Shown: positions 8,246 to 15,828 of the stretch, in pieces
How positions within the stretch are numbered: position 1 is the stretch's first letter
Layout: each line of letters starts with the position of its first letter
Assembly: GCA_004000035.1 (NCBI GenBank)
Contig: RJAE01000001.1
Coordinates: 271,729-303,728, forward strand
Source of the DNA: Arthrobacter sulfonylureivorans
GTDB lineage: Bacteria > Actinomycetota > Actinomycetes > Actinomycetales > Micrococcaceae
Direction: 5' to 3'
DNA length: 32,000 nucleotides
Made by a program: the position numbers and the translations under genes
Notes under the pieces: model-generated
Seen by the model: the letters and a program-made list of their open reading frames with translations, nothing else
Told to the model about the DNA's origin: nothing
The model's database searches: none

Positions 8246-8503
8246 ATGTGCCTAGGAATACCGGGGCGGGTCATCGAGCTCGTCGAAGGTTACGGCGGCC
8301 AGCTCGCCCTCGTGGATGTTGCCGGGGCGGAGCGGAAAATCAACATCGGGCTGCTGGACGACGGCCCGCCGGAAGTCGGCAGCTGGGTCCTGATCCACAT
8401 GGGCTTCGCCTTGAAGCGGGTGGATGAAGAAGGCGCGGAGGAGGCGATGACCGGCCTCGAATTGATGGGGCAAGAGCGGGATTCCGGGGACGGGTTGCCC
8501 TAG
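8246..8503 (+). CDS. hypC: HypC/HybG/HupF hydrogenase assembly chaperone
   Basis: MCLGIPGRVIEL... with the essential N-terminal Cys2. VGSWVLIHMGFAL is the C-terminal OB-fold motif. 85 aa, with AAGGAAG upstream. Confidence 0.93.
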   Translation: MCLGIPGRVIELVEGYGGQLALVDVAGAERKINIGLLDDGPPEVGSWVLIHMGFALKRVDEEGAEEAMTGLELMGQERDSGDGLP

Positions 8504-8551
8504 ACCGCGCTTGCTGGAATTCGAACCGCACCCTGTATTGAGGAGGAGACC

Positions 8552-8881
8552 ATGTCCGAGCAACAACCGTCCGCGTCCGGTGAAGAGCGCGAGCACGAGA
8601 CCGACCGGCAGGGCAACGACAACAAGGGCACCGCCCGCGCCTGGGGCAGCGAACCTCCGGCGAAAGAACCGGAGCACCCCGGGCAGGAGGAGACTCCCGC
8701 CGACGCCAGGATGGCTCCGGAAGGGGTCGGCACGAGCATGACCCGCGGCGGCGAAGAAGTGGCCGAGCAGGACGGCAAAGAGCCAGGCCGGGAGGACACC
8801 GGAACCAAGGGGGCGTCCGGGCGTCCTACGGGCACGTCGACGCCTCGCGATTCCACCGCCGTCGACACCGATGAGGCATAG
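8552..8881 (+). CDS. Hypothetical acidic, low-complexity (likely disordered) protein
   Basis: Strong RBS GAGGAGGAG 5-6 nt upstream of the ATG. 109 aa rich in E/G/T/P/D with no hydrophobic core. There is no homology I can name, so coding status rests on the RBS and frame only. Confidence 0.55.
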   Translation: MSEQQPSASGEEREHETDRQGNDNKGTARAWGSEPPAKEPEHPGQEETPADARMAPEGVGTSMTRGGEEVAEQDGKEPGREDTGTKGASGRPTGTSTPRDSTAVDTDEA

Positions 8882-8953
8882 GGAGAGGCCGCTCCACAGG
8901 CACCGTAGCCCCTGGATGCCCTGGGTAAGGTTCCCGGGGCAACGTTCCGGGGG

Positions 8954-9727
8954 CTAATGTTCGAGCGCGATCGCCGCGCCCCGATGCTCGACGCCCTGGT
9001 TGGCGATCTCCAGGTGCCGGGCGGTGAAGTGCTGCAGCTGCCGCAGGCCACGCGGGGTCAGGACATCGCACACCCAGTCCCAATGAAGGGAGACGACATC
9101 CCCGACATTGAGCTTTTCCACGAAACCAGTCCCCGCCACGGCGAATTTCGCAGTCTCGACCACCGGCTCCCCGACGGAGAGGAACGTACCGTTCCAAACC
9201 AGCTGGGGCGAGCTGACCACGGCCTCGTCACCGGCAATGCCGCAGACCTGTCCCCAGCGGATCCGGCAGCGGTCGAGGACGGTGAGCGCCGTGGCGTACC
9301 GCCGCTCATCGCGCAGTAAACCCAACCATGGGTAAATCTCGAAGACATGGAAGCTGTGGTGGGGAACGCCGCCGGCCAGAACCCCTTCCACCAGGTGCGG
9401 GAACTGTTGGCCGGTCCGAGCGCGGAAGCGGTCCTCCATGGAATTGCCCATGTTCCGGATCCCCACGGAATCCAACAGGCCATTGCCCACCCAATAGGCC
9501 TCGACGACACGCCGGTCCAATGGATCAGGGATGCCGTTCGATCCGGCGATCAGCTCCAGATACGGGTAGGCTCCGGCGAAACCTTTCGCGAGTTCGCGGA
9601 GGCCCTGGTCGGTGATTCCGGTCTGTCCGTAGTGGAGCAGCGCGTCGCTGTCCAGGGGACCGCAGCTGCCCCGGGCATTGGGCGGGTAAGCGTAACGGAC
9701 AAACAACTGGGCGCCGTCGATGACCAT
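8954..9727 (-). CDS. Conserved hypothetical protein with a HypC-like C-terminal segment
   Basis: ATG at 9727 (minus strand) is preceded by GGAAGGTGG with a 6-nt spacer. The product starts MVIDGAQLFVRYAYPPNARGSCGP. The C-terminus CRIRWGQVCGIAGDEAVV...VGDVVSLHWDWV resembles the HypC pattern. The 9805 GTG start in the track is less likely. Confidence 0.78.
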   Translation of the reverse strand: MVIDGAQLFVRYAYPPNARGSCGPLDSDALLHYGQTGITDQGLRELAKGFAGAYPYLELIAGSNGIPDPLDRRVVEAYWVGNGLLDSVGIRNMGNSMEDRFRARTGQQFPHLVEGVLAGGVPHHSFHVFEIYPWLGLLRDERRYATALTVLDRCRIRWGQVCGIAGDEAVVSSPQLVWNGTFLSVGEPVVETAKFAVAGTGFVEKLNVGDVVSLHWDWVCDVLTPRGLRQLQHFTARHLEIANQGVEHRGAAIALEH

Positions 9728-10023
9728 GTTGTGCCACCTTCCGCTAATGCGTGCTTCGACGGTAGCACCGGGATTGACACACCGGCAAGGAACATGCACC
9801 CCCAATCAGCTTCGGCCCATTTTCGGCCGCCGCTGGGGAAGGTGCTCTGCGGCTCATCACCTCACTGAGGCGCGCGCCCCGGTTCGCTTGCGCAGTAGAT
9901 GGGGCTCGTCGAGTCGTTGACAGGCCTGACCCCGAGGACGATGCTGTTTACACTGAAGCACCGCGGCCTCAGCATCCCTGATGCCGCAACGGCGAAACGC
10001 GACAGCATCCGGGGAGCGTGCCC

Positions 10024-11154
10024 ATGACCGCTGAAATCGACCGCCGGTCAATCCTGCAGGTCATCGGGCTGGGTGGCGGCGTCGCCATTTTAGCCGGATG
10101 CGGTGCCGGCCGCCCCGCACCGGAACAGACCGAAGGCACGTCTGCAGGCATCAGCTTCCGTGATCAGCAGGGCCGGACCATCACCTTCGAACGGCCGGTC
10201 ACCCGCGTGGTGACCATTCCCATGCCGGCCGCCTCGCTGCTGGTGGCGGTGGACGGCGGCGCAGACCATCTGGCCGCCATGCACAACGCATCCTGGGTCG
10301 CCATGCGCGACGGCATCCTCGGCACCATGTTCCCCCAAGCCTTGGAGCTTCCACACGAGATCGCCACGCAGGATTTCACGCCCAACGTCGAAAGCGTACG
10401 GGCGCTGAACCCCGACGTCGTTATCCAATGGAGCGATGCCCAACTGGTGGCCCCCTTGGAAAACGCCGGGCTGAAAGTGATCGGCCTGGTCAACAACGGC
10501 AAGCAGGAGGACGTGGACGCGTGGATCGCCATGTTTTCCGCCATGCTCGGGAAGCCGGAACGGGCCACAGAGATCAAGGACCACAGCGATCGGGAACTCG
10601 CGGAGGTCAAGGAACTCGCGGCCGGACGCAGCGGCCCCGGGCCGAGCATCCTGTACTTCAACCGATTCGAGGGCGGGCTCAAAGCGGCGGCCGCCAAGAC
10701 CTACAACGACTTCTACATCAAGCTGATCGGCGGTAGCAATCCAGCCACCGGCGAGGACCCGCTGCCTGGTACCGGGATGGTGGGGCTGGACGTGGAACAA
10801 GTCCTGAGCTGGGATCCGGAGGTCATCCTGCTGGGTAATTTCGACGGCGCCATGCCGCAGGACGTGTACGACGATCCGGTCTGGAAGAACGTCGCCGCGG
10901 TCAGGTCCCGGCGGGTCTACAAGGTTCCGCTCGGCGGTTACCGCTGGGATCCGCCGGGCCAGGAATCTCCGCTCATGTGGCACTGGCTCGGCGACATCGC
11001 CTTCCCGCAGGAGCAGTCCGGCTTGCGCGGCAAGATTACCGACTACTACCGGATGCTCTACAACTACCGGCCCATCAACGCGGACCTCGATCGGATCCTC
11101 TGGACCGAGCAGAACCGCCAATCCGCCGACTATCAGCAGTTCAATGCTGGATGA
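10024..11154 (+). CDS. ABC transporter substrate-binding lipoprotein, FecB/BtuF (iron-chelate/cobalamin type) family, Tat-type signal
   Basis: N-terminus MTAEIDRRSILQVIGLGGGVAILAGCGAG combines a twin-Arg motif with the lipobox LAGC. It is followed by a FecCD permease and an ATPase. GGGGAG lies 7 nt upstream of the ATG at 10024. Confidence 0.88.
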   Translation: MTAEIDRRSILQVIGLGGGVAILAGCGAGRPAPEQTEGTSAGISFRDQQGRTITFERPVTRVVTIPMPAASLLVAVDGGADHLAAMHNASWVAMRDGILGTMFPQALELPHEIATQDFTPNVESVRALNPDVVIQWSDAQLVAPLENAGLKVIGLVNNGKQEDVDAWIAMFSAMLGKPERATEIKDHSDRELAEVKELAAGRSGPGPSILYFNRFEGGLKAAAAKTYNDFYIKLIGGSNPATGEDPLPGTGMVGLDVEQVLSWDPEVILLGNFDGAMPQDVYDDPVWKNVAAVRSRRVYKVPLGGYRWDPPGQESPLMWHWLGDIAFPQEQSGLRGKITDYYRMLYNYRPINADLDRILWTEQNRQSADYQQFNAG

Positions 11155-12253
11155 GGCGGCCCATCCACGGTCGAAAAAACGGCGAAAGACGGCTCGCCGT
11201 TCCCCTCTCCGCAGGGATAGGCGTGAGCGTCCCGGCGGCCCGTCTATTTTCATCCCGATCGCGGTCTCCGCCGGCCTGCTGACAGTAGTCTGCCTGGTGG
11301 CGCTGGCGGTGGGCCGCTACAACGTCCCGCTGTGGCATGTGGCTCAGATTCTCACCGCCCAGATCTTCCCTGCAGCCCCCGAGGTCAGCGCCACGGAAGA
11401 GAGCGTGGTTGTGCTGGTGCGGCTGCCACGGGTCCTACTCGCACTGCTGGTGGGGGCCGGGCTGTCGATCGGCGGGGCCGCGCTGCAGGCTATCTTCCGT
11501 AACCCGCTGGTCAGTCCCGAGATTATTGGTGTGTCGTCCGGCGCATCCTTTGGCGGCGCGTTGGCCCTGCTGCTCGGTTTGGGTTCCCTGCTGCTCGTCT
11601 CCGGCGCGTTCGTCTTCGGACTGCTGGCCCTCGTCATGCTCTTCCTGATCACATCCGGGCGCGGCGGGACGCCCTTGCTGATGATCGTGCTTGGCGGGGT
11701 CGTCATCGGCTCTTTCTTCTCCGCGCTGGTCGCCTTCATCACCTACATCGCGGATCCGAACACCACGCTGCCGGCCATCGTCTTCTGGCTGCTCGGCAGC
11801 GTTGCGTCCGCTACCTTCGCGAAGGTCCTGGTGGCAGCAATCCCGGTCCTGCTCGGCACCATCGTGCTCTTGGTTCTGCGCTGGCGGATCAATGTGCTCT
11901 CCCTGGGCGACGACGACGCTGCCGCGCTGGGACTGCGACCCGCGACCCTGCGCTGGGTGGTGCTGGTGGCAGTCGCGCTGATGGTCGCAGGCGCCGTCGC
12001 CGTCAGCGGAGCGGTCAGTTGGGTGGGCCTGGTCATCCCGCATGTAGCCCGGATGTGGGTGGGGCCCGACCACCGGGTGCTGCTGCCGGTATCCTTCCTG
12101 CTCGGCGGAACCTACCTCATCGTGATCGACACCATCGCCCGTACGCTGACGGCCGGGGAGATTCCGCTCGGAGTGCTCACCGCCCTGATCGGCGCACCGG
12201 TGTTCTTCCTCCTCCTGCGCCAAAACCGGGACAGGATCTGGGACAGTGCTTGA
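11144..12253 (+). CDS. FecCD-family ABC transporter permease
   Basis: Polytopic membrane protein. Family-typical segments include RNPLVSPEIIGVSSGASFGGALAL and GEIPLGVLTALIGAPVFFLLL. The start overlaps the binding-protein gene end; the exact start is uncertain. Confidence 0.9.
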   Translation: MLDEAAHPRSKKRRKTARRSPLRRDRRERPGGPSIFIPIAVSAGLLTVVCLVALAVGRYNVPLWHVAQILTAQIFPAAPEVSATEESVVVLVRLPRVLLALLVGAGLSIGGAALQAIFRNPLVSPEIIGVSSGASFGGALALLLGLGSLLLVSGAFVFGLLALVMLFLITSGRGGTPLLMIVLGGVVIGSFFSALVAFITYIADPNTTLPAIVFWLLGSVASATFAKVLVAAIPVLLGTIVLLVLRWRINVLSLGDDDAAALGLRPATLRWVVLVAVALMVAGAVAVSGAVSWVGLVIPHVARMWVGPDHRVLLPVSFLLGGTYLIVIDTIARTLTAGEIPLGVLTALIGAPVFFLLLRQNRDRIWDSA

Positions 12254-12989
12254 GCTTGACGGCGTAGGGTTCGGTTACAGCCCGCGGGAATGGACGTTCC
12301 GCGGCGTCAGCTTCAAAGTCCACGCCGGCACCGCCACGGCCGTGCTGGGCCCTAACGGCAGCGGAAAGACCACGCTGGTGCGCTGCGCTGCCGGCTTGCT
12401 GTCGCCGGTGGAAGGCGCCGTCCGCCGGGACGGAGACGCCGGCTACGTGCCGCAGGCCCACGGGACGGCCTTCGCCTACCCCGCACTGGAAATGGTGCTC
12501 ATGGGGCGGGCCCGGCAGGTCCGCTTTTTCCGCTCGCCCGGACCGGCCGACCGAGCGGCGGCGCTGGAAGCGATGGACCGGATCGGCATCGCTGAACTGC
12601 AGGACCGGATGTTCCCCACCCTGAGCGGCGGCGAGCAGCAACTGGTCCTGCTAGCCCGCGCCATCGCCGCCGGCTGCCCCGTCCTGGTTCTCGACGAGCC
12701 CGCCACCGGCCTGGACCTGAAAAATCAGGCCCGCATCCTGACGCTGCTGCGCGAACTGTGCTCCGACGGCATGACCGTACTGCTGAGCACGCACCACCCC
12801 GACCACGCGCTGTACCTGGCGGATCGGGTGGTACTCATGGGCGGATCCGGGCCGACAACCGGGACGGCGGAAGAGATGCTCACCGACAGGGAGCTTTCCG
12901 CGCTGTACGGCGTTCCGGTCAGCACAGTCCTGTACGACGACGGTGACACGCAACAGCGCACCATCGTTGTCCACTACGGAGGACGCTGA
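12246..12989 (+). CDS. ABC transporter ATP-binding protein (FecE/BtuD-like)
   Basis: Walker A GPNGSGKTT, signature LSGGEQQ, Walker B VLVLDEP and H-loop STHH. The GTG start overlaps the permease stop. Confidence 0.92.
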   Translation: MLELDGVGFGYSPREWTFRGVSFKVHAGTATAVLGPNGSGKTTLVRCAAGLLSPVEGAVRRDGDAGYVPQAHGTAFAYPALEMVLMGRARQVRFFRSPGPADRAAALEAMDRIGIAELQDRMFPTLSGGEQQLVLLARAIAAGCPVLVLDEPATGLDLKNQARILTLLRELCSDGMTVLLSTHHPDHALYLADRVVLMGGSGPTTGTAEEMLTDRELSALYGVPVSTVLYDDGDTQQRTIVVHYGGR

Positions 12990-13069
12990 CCCGCTCCCGT
13001 ACCGAGTGGCCAAACGCTATTGCCGAGCTGCGGGGTAGCCAGAGCAAAGGTCGGGCCCGGGCAGCCAGT

Positions 13070-14512
13070 TCAGGATACGGCCCGGTGCCGCGGGCTGTCC
13101 GGGTTCATCAGCGAGTGCTTGCGGCTGTAGAACATGTAGATGACCAGGCCGATGATCAGCCAGACCACGAACCGCAACCAGGTCTCCCAGTGCAGCTGGA
13201 ACATCAGGAACAAGGAGGCTAAGACCCCAAATGCAGGTACCACGGGCATCAGCGGCAGCCGGAAGCTCCGCGGCACCTCCGGTCGGGTGCGCCGCAGCAC
13301 GATCACCGCGACACTGACCACCACGAAGGCGGCCAAGATGCCGATGTTGGTCAGGTCGGCTACGGCCCGGATGGGGAAAAATCCTGCCAGCAGCGCTGCT
13401 GCGCCGCCGGCGATCCAGGTCACCCGCTGCGGGGTGCCGTGCCGGTCCGTCGCCGCGAACCAGGACGGCAGCAGCCCGTCGCGGCTCATCGAGAACCATA
13501 CTCGGGTCACGCCCAGCAGGAAGGTGAGCATCACGGTCAGGATCGAAACGACGGCGAAGGCGGCAATGATCGTGGCCACGGTCGGCAACCCGACCGACTC
13601 GAAGGCGGACGCGAACCCCGCGGTGGGGCTGATGTCCGTGTAGTTCTGCATGCCGGTCAGCACCAGGGTGGCCAGCACATACAGCGTCATCGCGATGCCC
13701 AGCGACAGCAGGATCGCCTTAGGCATGTACTTCTTGCCGTCTACGGATTCCTCCGCCGCCGTGCTCATCGCGTCATAGCCGAAGACCGCGAAGAAGACAG
13801 TGGCGGCCCCGGCCAGCACCGGACCGAATCCGGAAGGCATGAACGGGGTGTAGTTGTCCGGGTTCACGTAGAAGAAGCCCAGCCCGATGATGAAGAGGAT
13901 CAGCGCGATCTTCAGCCCCACCGCTATCAGTTCGAACCGGCCGAAGGTGCGGGTCCCGCGGCTGAGGATCCAGGCGATCAGCAGACAGACCAGAAGGGCC
14001 GGCAGGTTGATCACGCCGCCCTCGACCGTGTCGCCGGTACCCTGCATCCACGCCGGCACTTGGACGCCGATGCCGTCCATGAAGGCGGTGAAATAGCCCG
14101 AGATGCCGAGGGCGACGACGGCGACGATGGCCGTGTATTCCAGCAGCAGGTCCCAGCCGATAAACCAGCCGATGATCTCCCCCAGAGCAACATAGCCATA
14201 GGTGTAGGCGGAGCCGGCAAAGGGGATCATGCCCGCGAATTCTGCATACGACAGTGCAGCCGCCGCGCTGGCCAGGCCCGCAATGAGGAAGGAAATGAGC
14301 ACCGCCGGGCCGACCGGCGGCGCGTCGGGGCCGCCATTGGCCACCAGACCGGCCAGTGTGAAGATGCCGATGCCGATGATCCCGCCGACGCCGATCGCGG
14401 TCAGCTGCCATAGGCCCAGGCTTTTGGAAAGATGGCTTTCCCCGCTCTCCTCCACCATCTCTGTGATCGGCTTGCGCCTGAGGATGGATTGGGAACCGCT
14501 CCCGATAGACAT
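13070..14512 (-). CDS. APC-superfamily amino acid permease (cationic amino acid transporter-like)
   Basis: LGLWQLTAIGVGGIIGIGIF is the N-terminal signature, and about 12 hydrophobic helices are present. Start taken at MSIGSGSQ (ATG 14512, GGAG upstream). The track's 14767 start adds an Arg-rich, non-coding-looking extension. Confidence 0.88.
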   Translation of the reverse strand: MSIGSGSQSILRRKPITEMVEESGESHLSKSLGLWQLTAIGVGGIIGIGIFTLAGLVANGGPDAPPVGPAVLISFLIAGLASAAAALSYAEFAGMIPFAGSAYTYGYVALGEIIGWFIGWDLLLEYTAIVAVVALGISGYFTAFMDGIGVQVPAWMQGTGDTVEGGVINLPALLVCLLIAWILSRGTRTFGRFELIAVGLKIALILFIIGLGFFYVNPDNYTPFMPSGFGPVLAGAATVFFAVFGYDAMSTAAEESVDGKKYMPKAILLSLGIAMTLYVLATLVLTGMQNYTDISPTAGFASAFESVGLPTVATIIAAFAVVSILTVMLTFLLGVTRVWFSMSRDGLLPSWFAATDRHGTPQRVTWIAGGAAALLAGFFPIRAVADLTNIGILAAFVVVSVAVIVLRRTRPEVPRSFRLPLMPVVPAFGVLASLFLMFQLHWETWLRFVVWLIIGLVIYMFYSRKHSLMNPDSPRHRAVS

Positions 14513-14829
14513 GCCGGACTCCGATGTTCGAGCCTGCATCTGCCGCCGGAACCCTGCGTCAGGGGCGGCTCCGCCGTGCGGATGCCCTGTACCTTTTCGA
14601 GTATGGACCGTGCGCCGCCCGCTGGGAATAGTTTGCGGCCCTAACATGCAAATCCGGCCACGCCGGTGGCGATCTCGATCGTGCTCCCGCCTGTCCGGCT
14701 CGGACCGGATCCAACGACGGGTCAAGGCTCTTTTGCGCCGTTTGATGGGACAATAGGGGCAGGACACCTGTCACGTGCTGGCCCGGCCCCGGCAAGTCCT
14801 GCTTAAAGGGAGACCAGGAGGGGATCCTG

Positions 14830-15645
14830 ATGGACCCCACCACTATTGTCGTTATCGTTGTCATCGTCGTACTGCTGCTCATCGCCGCGAAAATGGCGAT
14901 CCGGATCGTACGCCAATACGAGAAGGGCGTGCTCTTCCGGCTCGGCCGGGTCATCGGAGTCAGGGATCCCGGCCTGCGGCTGATCATCCCGGTCATCGAC
15001 CGGCTGCAGATGGTGAGCCTGCGGATCGTGACGATGCCCATCCAGTCCCAGGGCATTATCACCCAGGACAACGTGAGCGTAGATGTCTCAGCGGTCGCCT
15101 ACTACCGGGTGGTCGACCCGGTGAAGTCCGTCGTCGCGATCGAAAACGTGGTCGCGGCCATCGACCAGATCGCCCAGACGACCCTGCGGAAGGTCGTCGG
15201 CCAACACACCTTGGACCAGACCCTTTCTGAGACCGAACGGATCAACGTCAACATCCGTGAAATCCTCGATGTGCTCACCGTCGAGTGGGGAGTAGAAGTC
15301 ACCTTGGTGGAGCTGAAGGACATCCAGCTGCCGGAAAGCATGAAGCGCGCTATGGCCCGCCAGGCTGAAGCCGAACGCGAAAAGAGGGCGAAGATCATCT
15401 CCGCCGAAGGCGAAGCCGTCGCCGCAGCGGCCCTCGGGGACGCCTCCGACACCATGATGGCTCACCCGCTGGCCCTGCAGCTACGGAACCTGCAGTCTTT
15501 GGTCGAACTCGGCGTCGACAAGAACACCACCGTCGTCTTCCCCGCTCCGCTGATGAGCACCATCGGTGAACTCTCCGCTTTCCTGGCCCGCGAAAACTTG
15601 GCTGCGGCATCCTCCAGCGACAAGACACCCATCAAAGCGGCATAA
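14830..15645 (+). CDS. SPFH/band-7 (stomatin/slipin-like) membrane protein
   Basis: N-terminal TM helix [19 protein letters not shown] core is [16 protein letters not shown]...[19 protein letters not shown]. Coiled-coil segment [25 protein letters not shown] lies 6 nt upstream. Confidence 0.92.
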   Translation: MDPTTIVVIVVIVVLLLIAAKMAIRIVRQYEKGVLFRLGRVIGVRDPGLRLIIPVIDRLQMVSLRIVTMPIQSQGIITQDNVSVDVSAVAYYRVVDPVKSVVAIENVVAAIDQIAQTTLRKVVGQHTLDQTLSETERINVNIREILDVLTVEWGVEVTLVELKDIQLPESMKRAMARQAEAEREKRAKIISAEGEAVAAAALGDASDTMMAHPLALQLRNLQSLVELGVDKNTTVVFPAPLMSTIGELSAFLARENLAAASSSDKTPIKAA

Positions 15646-15828
15646 CCGTTCGGGGTGGCGGTGAATCGTTTTCGCGGGCCCGACGCACGGCAGAACTGGA
15701 CACCCTCGGATGCTGAAGTCCTCGTTGAACGTCTTATCACCAGCTCGGTTGACGGGACGTTCACGGCAGCCGACTTCCCACCATCCGCACCCCTGTTCTC
15801 GGTGCACTGTTTGGGTTAGGGTGGGCGC

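Noticed and set aside
8516-8527. GGAATTCGAACC string resembling a tRNA T-loop (GGTTCGAAT on the minus strand) between hypC and the next ORF
   Set aside because: The flanking bases cannot form a T-stem, acceptor stem or anticodon arm on either strand. It is a chance palindrome around an EcoRI-like site.
9806-10023. Cobalamin riboswitch upstream of the BtuF/FecB-like transporter
   Set aside because: A few short strings recall B12-element pieces (CCGCAACGGCG; CATCCGGGGAGCGTGCC). However, they are in the wrong order and spacing, and the GCCACTG/GGGAAGGC core is absent. A cmsearch with RF00174 would settle it.
14775-15230. 151-aa ORF upstream of and overlapping the SPFH gene, as a possible NfeD-like partner
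   Set aside because: It is out of frame over the well-supported SPFH CDS. The translation is Arg/Pro/Gly-rich with no TM segments or OB-fold motif expected of NfeD.
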